From Owenia fusiformis (Eukaryota): 64,000 bases of DNA. The stretch lies in the NCBI GenBank assembly GCA_903813345.2, contig CAIIXF020000001.1:30132001-30196000 (forward strand), given 5' to 3'. A program made the position numbers and the translations under genes. The notes under the pieces were generated by a model, which did not search any database, was not told where the DNA came from, and saw only the letters and a program-made list of their open reading frames with translations. The stretch's first letter is position 1. Each line of letters starts with the position of its first letter. Positions 40,864 through 53,154 of this stretch are shown one piece after another.

Positions 40864-41897
40864 CTGTAATATTTGTGATAAAACAATATTTAATGATATT
40901 TTAGTCAAATACAGTAGAACACAGTACCTTCAAATTTCTATTTCATGATGTGTTAACCTGTATTTTACATGTTACATTTTTGGCCCCTAATCATATTCAT
41001 AATTATTAGGTAAATAATGGCTAAACAAAAACTGGAATTTTGTATTATTGTCCATACTGGAAAAGGTGCTACATATGGTGAGATGGAGTCGGTGATATCA
41101 CATAATTCAAGAAGTCTTTAATTCACTTGAAATATGGTTTTTGTTGCATAATTTCACTTTTTGCATGCATAATAATGGCATCTATGTCTTATGACCATAA
41201 CACATTAGCATATAAAATGTGCACCAAATCTGGTAACTGATATCTCTGTGTTGTCAGAAAAATCAGTTTCCTGAGAAGTGGTAGCTATTTTGAATTCAGC
41301 ATTTCTTCTTGCCCAGGGTCCTATGTCGATAAAGCATTGGCACATAAAATCTGAACCAAATGTGACAATTGGTAATTTAGTATGAAATAAAAAGAAGCCA
41401 GTTTGAAAAACACAAAATCAGGATATGTGAAAAATTAATCCAAACACTTTTAGCCGCTCCCAATGCCACTGGATTAAGCCAACTGAGAATAAATACTTAA
41501 CTCATTGCATACCAGAGAATCTTTCATTTTGTCACATTTCTATCTTAATATCCAATGTTTGATGTTCATTTAGGTAATATTACTGAATATAGAAAATACA
41601 CACATTCTAATACATATTTTTGTAAACTGAACAAATTTTGTCAAAGGTTCAGCTCTTTAGTGAGAAATGCAATGACTGATATATCTATCAATATGGGTAT
41701 CAAAGGGTTAATATTCATCTGAAGACTTAACAATCATACTAATACCTACTAATAACTTAGCAATACTCAGACTTTATTCACATAGTTAACTTAGTCTTAT
41801 TTAACAACAAATAGACTTACTATTGTTGATTTAATGTGAAACTGCTCTATTGTAGTGCTATAAGAGAACTTAACACTTTTGCAATACGAATTACCAG

Positions 41898-42497
41898 GTG
41901 TTTTTCAACAGAAGATGATGCTTCAAGCGTGAACATTGAGTAATACAATGGAGTGACATCAGAGTGTAGTATAAATTGAATATCAAATGGCAGAAAAAAC
42001 AACATACATGGACGAATCTTACACTGCTAGAAAGTTCACCATCATTGAATAAATGTATACAATACTTTACTCAGCAACTTGTAAAAATCGACTTGTATTA
42101 TAAATATCTAATGATGGAGCCATGCATTTACCAAGTGAACTACAGTAAGTGATACATGAACTTAATCTAAGAAGGCAGCATTTACCTTTACTATGGAAAA
42201 CATCATCGAGTATACATGTAACAAGGTCAATAATACTGATGGTGTGCTAAATAATGCCAAACATATTACTTCTGCTTGTTCGGTGAAGAATGATACTTCT
42301 AGTGGTAACATTATTACAAGTGGTTTTCATAGACTAACAATTAGCAAAAAAGGAGAGCATATTTGTGATATTTGCCATAGAGTGTGCAAATGGAAATCTT
42401 TACTATTGGAACATTATAAAATCCATAGTGGAGAAAAGAACTTCAAATGTGATGTATGTTCTAAAACATTTGCAAGAAAGTTTGATCTTAAGATACA
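41898..42497 (+). pseudogene. Decayed/truncated C2H2 zinc-finger gene
   Basis: HICDICHRVCKWKSLLLEHYKIHSGEKNFKCDVCSKTFARKFDLKI: one complete finger, an HSGEK linker, and a second finger cut before its His pair. There are stops upstream after the acceptor at 41897. Confidence 0.75.
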
Positions 42498-45467
42498 GTT
42501 CATCTATTAACGAAAGTGTCACTTTGCCGTCCGCCGTACACTCCTTTGCCGTGCGAGTGCGATACCCTTGTTTTACTTGAGCGGCGCGGTCGCTTCGCGT
42601 GTGTGACTACCTCGCGTTTACCTTGCTTTGCGACAGGACTTAACCCGCGAACCGTTCGTGCTTACATAGCTTAACGCCAGTGTTGCCTTCGCTCAACGAT
42701 TGCATACGCATATTAATTAAACTAAACCTACATTATTTTTCATTTACATATGTAGTAGAGACTATATTAACTCAACTTTCAGACAAGATTCTAGTGTTGC
42801 GTTTTTCTCAGTTTCAATGAATATTTGATTCGTCTAAATAGAATACAAAAAGTGATTACGGATCATTCCATTTCACATTGGTCCAGTGGCACACATGTAC
42901 AAACATTTGAAGCAGTTGTATACGCTTTTCGGTGATTTAATTTTTCTTTAAACATTACGTTTATTAATAAGTCGACAGGAATGTTACGCCTATTCTTCTT
43001 ACAGTAGTTTCGTGCGCGTGTGTACAGTCCCGGAGTAGTTTTGATGAATAAACCTTTTTGGGAGGTTGGGAATACATTTTAAATACCCATGCTCTAGTTG
43101 CACTCCGGCCTTCAATACTACATCATACACGGGCGGTCGGCTCTGACGAAACCCAGAGCAATATAGCAACCATGTTGCAGTCTGAATCCACTTTTCTGGC
43201 TCTAAACAAGCCATTTGAGAAACTGCATTAATCGGTCTATAATTCTGCAATTTGTCGTCGGAATTCTTAATAAATAACACCATGGTTTAGCTCGGAACGA
43301 TAGCTTCCCGATGGTAAAAAAAAGTAAATTGAGGGAGGGACAGGGTTCACGTACAAGTTCTCTAAAATACGTGTACATGTAGCTAGCCTCTCTGTTTCTA
43401 CGTACACAACATCCTGTAAATGCACAAACTGTACAAAGAACATCCATATTTAATTTATCTTTTTAAAGTACTAAAAATTCCGGATTTCAAATTCGAATTA
43501 AATCCTATATAACATCCATAGTAAGAACAATGTAAAGTATTTTCCATAAATAAGGGGTTTAAATTTAGTGACATGAAATATGTTGTCATAGATATAGTTT
43601 ATTTCTACTCCCGGGCACAAGGGCCGATTACAGCTTGAAATTGTGAAATTGCAACAGACCCCTTGTACATAATTTCGGCAATATCAAATACACCAAACGT
43701 GTGAATTTAATAACTACATTATGATATTCTGTCTCGATATTCTGTATTGGCACTCGACTTCGTCTCGTTCCAATACGGAATTTCTCGAGCAGAATATATC
43801 CTGTATTGCACTTCAAATCATTCAATAACTTTTAATATTATTTACATCCAAAACGTATCGTTCTTACTCTATTGATCTTACTCTATTGATTCACAACAAG
43901 CAAATCTAGGGAGTATCACAAATAAAAAACATTTCCTCGCGTGCATTTAACTTCTACAGTGAGTAATTACATGTACTCCCGTGGGTTCTCAAAGTTTCAC
44001 TTATTTTAGGCAACCCCCCCCCCCCCCTGGCCAAAAACTCTTTCAAAATCATGCAGTTTTTCATAATTCTGACCATTTTCCGTGTGATTTTGGGTCAAAT
44101 TTGCAAAATGAAGTCTTCGAATGAACATTCATTTGTCATGATAACCACCGAGATGCAATGGTCAACTTTTGCTTTTACGTTTAATTATAATCAACGCCTT
44201 CCCTAAATTTCTTGTTAGATCATGAATGCCTGACTTCACCAAGTATTTAAATTATATTTTGCGTTTTATCATCTTTCCCAAAAGCTACAATTCATGCATA
44301 AGGTACAACTACTACTGACTTTGGTTTACCATTCTTTTGTTGCAAATATCAGAATATGGGGATGTTTCAACGACTTCAATCTAGGGATTTATATAGACGG
44401 GACTTCCCCTTTTGATAATGTAATTATATATTTTTCTGTTTTGTAGGTTCCCGTGGGTAGGATACACACAAGAACAATATACGGCCCATCCTAAAGGGGT
44501 ACAGACACAACAATGGCGTTCTTCAAGTTATAGCCGTGGAATTATATAGTTTATGCATCTTGCCTCAAGCGACGTGTTAAGTCTGACGTGATAACCCTAA
44601 AAAGGTCTATCCCATATTTGGTTTGAGAAACACAGTTGCTGAATACAAGTGCAAACTATGAAATAACCATAATATAACAATAGATAATGTTTGGCATGCA
44701 TTGTGTTTCGGTTTCATTGTTTTAGTTGAAAGTATATACAAAGAAGTTAATCACCAGGAGGGATTTCATATGGGGAATATCACATGATATGAATATATCC
44801 CGAGGGAACGCAGTGACAGAGGGAAATATTGATATCATCCGAGGGATATTCTCAATATCATCCCGACAGGTGAATAACGACCTTATACCATGATCAAGAG
44901 CAAAATATATCTAAAATCCTCTTTTGAATGAGAGAAAAATGAAATTTTTTAAAATACCCGGGTTGATATCCATATCATCCCTCTAATCCCAATATCATCC
45001 ATATCCTAAATATATGATTTATCACTTGCTATTGAATACTGAGATATTGCTCTGACCATGGTATAAAAAGAATAACTTATCATAAGCAGATTTCTTTTCA
45101 GGGTGTTCAGCGGCGATGTAGGACTGGTAATAAGCGTCACACACCCCGGACGCACATTTCCTCGGATATTAGATCAAATAAGCAGTTATACCTGTTTGCA
45201 TGTTTTACTTTTGATTTGATTCGATTGTTTAAATTAGATAAAGTCTAATTTGAATTCTAATTTAAATTAGATAAAATGCGTTCAAATGTCACCAGTGTCT
45301 GGAGGGTTGAGACTTGATTTAGGAATTAAATTAGAATAAGATTTTTTACTATCTGATTTGTTTCCATCATTGTATAACGTTGATCTCATTGCCATTTTCC
45401 GTTTTGTTGCATGAGTTACTATCTTGATTTCTGTTAAAATAGATAATGCGTTGCAACCATTTAAATC

Positions 45468-45508
45468 CTTTTATATATCCTTTTTATATCCTTTTTATAT
45501 CCTTTTTT
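45468..45508. repeat. 11-bp microsatellite (tttttatatcc) x3-4
   Basis: Directly visible tandem units. Confidence 0.8.
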
Positions 45509-47658
45509 GCTTGTAACCATATTAATTAATGAGCATATGTTTAGAGGGGCATGCCGTTTTATTTTGCCATCTACATTTTATATTATCAGCCGTATCTTGA
45601 TATGTTGAGAATTCTTCAGAGACAACTCCCAGACACTATCATGGACCGACTACTTTCTTTAAAGTATAAGCTGCGGCCTTCTTGCCAAGGGGATTTTTTA
45701 TTTGACAACTATGAAATTTGACTGATTAAGGCAGAACCAGATCTTTTAATAGGGGTGACAAATTGCAAGCAAAATGTACAAGTGACAACTAACCGATCAA
45801 TTATTCCTTCCAAATTTTTAAAAATAAACATGACAAGGATCGGAATGATATAAGCAAAAAATATTCAAAAATTCTTGTTAAGTCTCGGAGTTTGCTTGCT
45901 AAATCTGATTTTCCCCTTAATTAATGAGCATAGGTTTTTATGTTTGTTTCTTTGTTTTTATTTCGTTGACAAGTCACATGCATGATGGGTTTATTTTACG
46001 CGTTTATTTTGCCATCTACATTTAATATTGTTATCTGTCTTGATAAGTTGGGAATTCTTCAAAGATATCTCCGAGAAACTAACATGGACTGGCTACATTA
46101 TTCATAATCTGCTTTTGCCGAGGGGGGGGGGCTCAGCCCCGTCAGAAACTTTTCTTCAAGGGGGTGTGGTTTTACCCCCCCCCCCCTTGGGCCTGATCCG
46201 TTTCTATTACTTGGCAGTCCGAAATTGTTTACGCCACCCCTTCCCTCTATCAAATGAACTATGCATGTAGATTCCTCACATGCATAGAACTATGCTTTAT
46301 GTGCTTTATCTACATTGCAATAATATCAAAATCAGAATTACGCCTTGTTTTCTAGTAACATTCAACAAAAACAAACGCTCAACTAATTGAGACGTTTAAT
46401 CCAGCGACCATTTCCCGTCATTACATTTCAATGGTATGGTGGCCAGAGGAAATGAGCCTGTATTGATATGTGATTATGGATTAAAGTGAGTTACCAGTGA
46501 AAAAAACTTAGAAAAAAACTTCCGCGCTTGCTCGGAAAATAATTTTGGGCCCCTAAAACCGAAAAGTGGGCCCAAATTTTGAAAACTTTAGGCCCATTTT
46601 CTTCAAAATTTGCCTAGTAATGACCAAAAAGGCCCACTTTTTGGTGCCTGAAGGCCTTTTTTGGCCCAACATTTTTTGAGCCCAATTTTTCTTTTTTCTG
46701 GTCCCAACTTAGGGGGGGGGGGGGGGCTGGCCCCATGCCCCCCCCCCGGATCCGCCATAGGTTACTAAGTAAGTGGAAAAGCAACTTCATTCCTATCCAA
46801 CAGCAATCATTCATGACTTTTGATAAAGAGTGAAATCAACTGTTCAGGCTTCATGATCTTGTGAAACTTCAAGAAGGGAACTTAATTTACATCTGTTTTA
46901 CTGGTTCAATTTGAATATTCAACTAAGGTTTTATCTCCATTATAGATCTAGGAACTGTTTGGGATGGGTTTGGGGTCTTATATCTATGTCACCACCACAA
47001 GTAGAGACATTTGTCTCCAACTTTTTTTGTGAACGATGCTTGGCGGTTGGTGTTCGGCGTTCGGCATCTGCAACAAAATGTTATCACACAGGCAGATCAA
47101 TAGTACTTTGATTAATAATTATTATGGTTATACTTGTAGTGTCATCTTGTAGTATCATGGGAACCAAGGAAACTTGCATGGTATTGATAATCCTAAAAAA
47201 CTTTTAACCCATATAATAATAAGCCTTTTGATAGCAGTTTGATTTTTCATCGAACATAATTGCAATCAACTCCATGATATTTGGAAAGAGCAAATATTTT
47301 GAAAGCAAGTGTAATCAAGTTTCGAGATTTCTGATAAAGTTCAATCAAGCTATGACGAAAAGAAGCAGTAGACCAAAGAAGAAGCGTCGCTATTATCTAG
47401 GTCACTCTGTTCAGTGGTCCGAAAGCAAATCTACAGTACTCGTTTCCGAATTTTGTTGTTCATTGTACAATCTTTTATTGATTAAAAACTCGGTATACAG
47501 ACTATTAAAGCAATGACAAAGAAGAATACTTCCGATGTTGTCATTGTTTTATTTAGCGTGCGGGTGTAAAAACAATAATTAGTAATTAGTTTGATTTAGA
47601 ACTTTCGGGTCACGCAAATAGCTACACGAAATGTATAGTGAGAAAATATAAACCAATC

Positions 47659-48376
47659 AAAGGAGGAGGGAAGTTAGTGCAACAGATTTTGGACAGTCAT
47701 ATGTTTGATTTTGGCCATTTCCTGGGGATTTAAACAGGTGCATATGTTAGGCGAATGCATTACCTCCAGGAAAATCACTTCTAGAGATGATAAAATAATT
47801 TCGACTTTGAGACAGGGTAGATGCAAACAACCCACCCACATGTTTTTTTCTGAAACGCTTTCCTGATTTTCAACCCCTTCCATCCCTGCTTTTTTAATTT
47901 TTCTTGCATCAATATGTTGCATTTTGACACACAGATAATCCCTCAAAAGGAATAAATGATTCCTTTTAGATAAAGTGAAAAACAATATTTCCCATGTTAT
48001 TTTCCCATAGGAAAAATCATTGCTTTCAGCTAAGTTTGGTCACCCATAATGGGTATCTTTAAAACCCCTGAAGGAATCACTTATTCCTTTAAAGTGGTTA
48101 ACTATGTGTCAAAATGCAACATATTGATGCAAGAAAAATTGAAAAAGCAGGGGTGGAAGGGGTCGGATATTAGGAAAACATTTCAGAAAAAACATGTGGG
48201 TGGGTTGTTTGCATCTACCCTGTCTCAAAGTCGAAATTATTTGATCATCTCTAGAAGTGATTTTCCTGGAGGTAATGCATTGGCCTAACATATGCAATTG
48301 TTTAAATCCTCAGAAAATGACCAAAATCCAAAATATGACTGTCCAAAATCTGTTGCGCTAATTTCCCTCCTCCTTT
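47659..48376. mobile_element. Foldback element, about 310-bp inverted arms with about 100-bp spacer
   Basis: 47659-47966 is the diverged reverse complement of 48071-48376 (e.g. cgactttgagacagggtagatgcaaacaacccacccacatg vs catgtgggtgggttgtttgcatctaccctgtctcaaagtcg). Confidence 0.88.
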
Positions 48377-48409
48377 TGTCCTTTTTGAGTGCTTTTTCAG
48401 TATATATTT

Positions 48410-49702
48410 CACGGTGTATAACCCAAACGCTCCTACATGCACGACGGAGCGTTTCATTACTGAAATTAAACAAAGAAACGCTCCGGAGTAGGAAAACTGT
48501 CTGGCGGGAATGATGAGCCGTCTGACAATTTCCCCAATAATGGGAATAAGAGGTATGAGTTACATATTTCGAGTATACCATTCGATGGGTGTGATATTCA
48601 TGTTATACGTGGCTGGCTGTTGACGTTTGAAGCAATTAGGAAGAGCTGTACGAAGCAGTATAGTTATCAAAATTCAAAAACGTATTTGTCATTCTACCGG
48701 TCAAAACCCCTTTTGTCGATACATGTGATTAGTTGAGCCAAGAATAGAGCACCAACGTATATTTTAGTCAAATTCCAATGCTTCAACGCACCATACATTA
48801 TCGTAATAGTGATTTGATGACCGAAAATCCAGTCTTAAAAATGATGACATTCTCATATTCAAGAAACGCTCCGATCTGGTTAACACAGTGAATTGGAAAC
48901 GCTCCGGTAGTCTAGATCTGTTAAGGAAATATATAGCTTGCCTTTTCTTTTCAGGAAGAGAAAGAAAAGATCTATCATACCCCTTGGCATCAATAGAAGA
49001 AAGATTAATTCACATATAACTTTTCGTTTTTTTTCTATAGTTTCATGATTTAGCACATGTAGGCATGACATCATCTAGTGTATAGGCTTTAATCAGCTAG
49101 TTGCACGTTTAGCACCACCAGGTTCAGATGTTTCAATTTGCCTAACAAGTACAACACGTTTTTGAGAGATAGATTCGATTCGGAACTCTTCTCTAATAAT
49201 CTGAAAATGATATCAAAACAAAAAGGTAAGAGCGTTTCTAAAATTGTGGTCTAAATCGACGGAGCGTTTCGAGGAAAGCAAGCGATTTCTCGAGAACAAG
49301 TAATGCATTTGGACTGGGATTTTAGGAAATGAGAATATACGAGTTTGTGATCTACTACTTAAACAGAAAGATTAACCTTTTCATAAAAATACTAGTTTAA
49401 TTCGTAATTTGTGGTCAAATCGTCATCTTCAGATTCGTTCGATCTACACTACGGAGCTTTGATCAAGCAAATAACAGTTTACCACCAGAAGTTGAATAAA
49501 TAAGATCTTTGCTCATGGTATTGTTCATCGAATGGTACATAATATTTCACCATGACATATGATATGTAAGAGAAACGAGAGAAACAATACTTACGGTCAT
49601 AGTAGAATCTTCATTAGCCGCCATTTTATTTCGCTCCGGAGCGTTTCCGCGTAAATGTAACGCTCCGTCGTGCATGTAGGAGCGTTTGGGTTATACACCG
49701 TG
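48410..49702. mobile_element. Non-autonomous CAC..GTG DNA transposon with 5-bp TSD (Transib/RAG-like end signature), containing two convergent spliced gene stubs
   Basis: 44-bp perfect TIR CACGGTGTATAACCCAAACGCTCCTACATGCACGACGGAGCGTT. TATTT directly flanks both ends (48405-09, 49703-07); 3- and 4-bp TSDs do not fit. About 10 internal AAACGCTCCG-type motifs. Confidence 0.88.
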
Positions 49703-52700
49703 TATTTGCGAACGTTCTGATTCAAAGAGCGAATCGCGAAAGGGAGAATTAACTTCATTTCCCCATTGCATTGTATCCCCAGAAAATTAAACAGGTGGAG
49801 GCATTATACTGTTTTTAATTTCAAATTGATATCATATTGCGCCTTTAATGTAGGCCGAGACCATCGTAACTAATTATCCTCAATTTTCTTATTCTTATTA
49901 TTTAAAATGCAACTGTATTCTAAGATCCATTCCTGCACTTTATTGTGTTCAGTACTATGCAAAGGCGTAACCATGGGGAGGGGTGCGACCCCGATAACCA
50001 ATGAAAATAGAACCATTGGATAGAAGAAGAAAATAGCTTTAAAATGCTCTTTATTGAAAGCGTCTAGCTCAATTTTGAAGGCAGTTGCATCAATTTTTGT
50101 AAAACTCAAAACTAATCTTCGAAAAATTTGTTTTTGCCTTGCTTATGCCAAGATCGCCCCCCCCCCCTGGGTAACCTGACTGACTGAAGGCTGCCTACGC
50201 CCCTCCAGTGTATTAAAATAACTCACGACTTTTTGCTGGCGGGAAGAGCGTCTGAGGATCAATATGATGCAAGCTTTTCCTATTTTTAATTTGAAAATTG
50301 AGAAATTGAATCATTATCTGGTCAGAGAGTGGAATGCATCGTACATGTACATGTACAATGTCCAGTTGGAACTGATAATTTAAATTTTCCCTGATCAATT
50401 TGAAGCAAGTTAAAAAAGTTTGATCTCCTTCTGAGAACTTGTAGATTTTTTGGTCAATTTGAAGAAACTTTGGGAGCGGTTCCCCCCCCCCCCCCCGGCC
50501 TATATTCCTTTCAAATCATGCATTTTTCACCGTTCTGATTACTTTTCGCATGATTGTTTTGCCAAAACTGTCACAAGTTACTCCCCTTGGTAATAGCCCT
50601 CCACCCTCCTAAATGCATATTTGCAGCCGATGAAGAAAAAATATTATATTTGTTTATCAAACAATTTTTAGAAATCAAAATATCCTGTTTGTGCCGGAAA
50701 GAGATCGCCGTGCTCCAGACAATTAATTAGTATTTGTTTTGTATAGTTACTGATCAAAGATGTCAAATTGTGGGAATCATGAATAATGACCGTTCAGACC
50801 AGCTTTTAAAATACCAACCACCGAACTCCGAACACAAACAATCGAGCACCGTCCACAAAAAGTCGGAGACTATATATATAATTCTAGTGGTGGCATAATA
50901 ACACTTTCATCCTCCCATGGGTATACGAGGAGTCTTATATCCAATATCCAGTCTCATAATAATCAGAGGCATATTGATAATTTTTCATTTGACTTAATAC
51001 GCCTCTGTTATAATCATGGACGTCTATCCCGGTCAGATTATTCCTGGTCAATCATCATGCTACATGCAGGTATATAAGCCATGCACACAGGTATGAAAAA
51101 ATAACTGTCACAAGAAATGAAAACAAGAATTTTGGAAAGCAACTATAGGTCAAATATCAAAAATATATTTTAACAACAAAGCAACACAATAAACCGTTGA
51201 AAACGTCATTGATTAAAGAAGCACAGAAAGTAATTAGCTTAACTAAATATCTATAATCGTGCTTTAATAATCTATATGTATTTTTGCAAGAGTTTGTCCC
51301 CGTCTGCTAAGGTGATAATAGGGTTAAGACACACGTTTCTTAAAAAAGAACGTGGTTCTTTAGATAACTATTTCTCCCATTTGAACTGTTTACTTGGTCG
51401 ATTGAGTATAAAGACATACGGAAAACAATCCCAGGTGAATATGAGAGTGGAACAGTATCCCCCGGGAACGAAATAGTACACGCTCGGGTACAAGTTCTTT
51501 TAAAAACGTGTAACTTAACCTTCTTATAAAACCAAGCAAAGGAAATGTAAAGCTAGCTTAACATCGTGAAATGAACAGCCTTTACTATTTTGGGAATATG
51601 AAGACTCTCTCTTTCAAGCAATCTAGTGCATGGCTCTGATAAATCAGAATGCTAGCTCTAATAAATTAAAAATGTATAAACTTAAATAAAGTACGCAAAA
51701 TGCCTATCTAAAAAATAATTATTCGAAATGAATGTAGAGCTCGTCATCAAAATTGTCATCATCACCGTCAACGGACCTGCGCCAACTATTTATGAATACC
51801 TGGAAGATACATTAAACCCTTAATTATTAACTTTTAAGTGTTAACAATAAAACAAGAAACTGCATGCATAAGATGAAGTATAAACACCCGGGTATAAACG
51901 CATTGTTGGGCGTCGAGGTAGCATTCGCCAATTCAACTGACGGCTGACAGATTCACCAACCAGGCTAATTCATGTCCAAATCATTTAAATATGAATAGTA
52001 AATGTCACTATTCCTTCATTTATGTTTAAAATGGCTTAAAAACTAGGTTAAACCACCAGCCGGCATCCGGCAGATGAATTAAACTCCTCATTTAACTCAC
52101 GAGTAGTACATGCCATTATAAGTAATTGAGTTTACCACTGATAAAAAGTAGGTTAAACCACCAGCCGGCAACTGAATTCATGAATGCAACCTTAGTTCTA
52201 AATTATATCTGAACTGTTTCTGCTGAATCACATGATGCGTTTTACACCTTTCCTTGAGTGAAGACCCCCGCCCTTCTTTACGTTGTGCCTTCCTCGCATG
52301 TGTCCATGTATAACCCCAAAATTCATATGTCCGTCATGTCTGAAGCATTCCATTCATAGAAAGAACCTGTAAAAAGAATAATATTTAGCAGATAAGATAT
52401 CAAACGGTGACTGAGACATCAAATGTTTTAACCATGGACCGGGGTTAAATATTGTAGTTGCTTAAAATTATATATGATGGCCGGGGCATGCAAGCTCAAT
52501 TAATGTGGGACAGGTATTTTAAAATCAATAACAAAAAATAGCTGTCAGTGTCACATTCGCTATATGGGCTCACCTTTCGCCACTGAGTGGTTATTTCGGG
52601 CATACATTTTTAATTAATTGTTTTAATTGGTGTGACTGGATATATCTTGTTGTTAAACGATTTGTTTTGCCCATCGTGTATACATGCTGTGTCCCGCTGT

Positions 52701-53154
52701 CTGCCCCAGCAAAGTATTCACACGTTGTCGAACGATGAGCACATATAAGTGTGATAGCTCCATAATAATAATGGTTTGTTTTAAACCTTAAAAATACTCA
52801 AACATGTCTAAAATGAAAATATTATGAAAACCAGAAGCCTTGTTTCAGTTGTTTTAAATACTGAACATTGTATTAACGTTTAATGCTATTTTTAGTATGA
52901 CACGGGGACTTTGGTATATTCAGGGCTGAAATCAAAGTCCCACTGAACAAGAAGGGGATTAGGCTATTTCATTATTATGTGGACTTAAACATAATGTTTG
53001 AAGTGAAAAAATTCATATTTTCGTATATTTCTGTTTATCTTAAAAGGATATCGAATCATTGCATTACACAAATGCGTTGCTTGCAAACATAAGCGAACCT
53101 TTAAATTCGACAGACAGTTAACTGTTATTAATTTGATTTAAATCTGTAAAAATG

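Noticed and set aside
41040..41712. piggyBac-like element (ends GGG|TTAA at about 41710)
   Set aside because: No matching TTAA|CCC left end was found.
48417..48450. True 12/23 RSS in the CAC element
   Set aside because: There is no ACAAAAACC-like nonamer at 12- or 23-bp spacing, and the two ends are symmetric.
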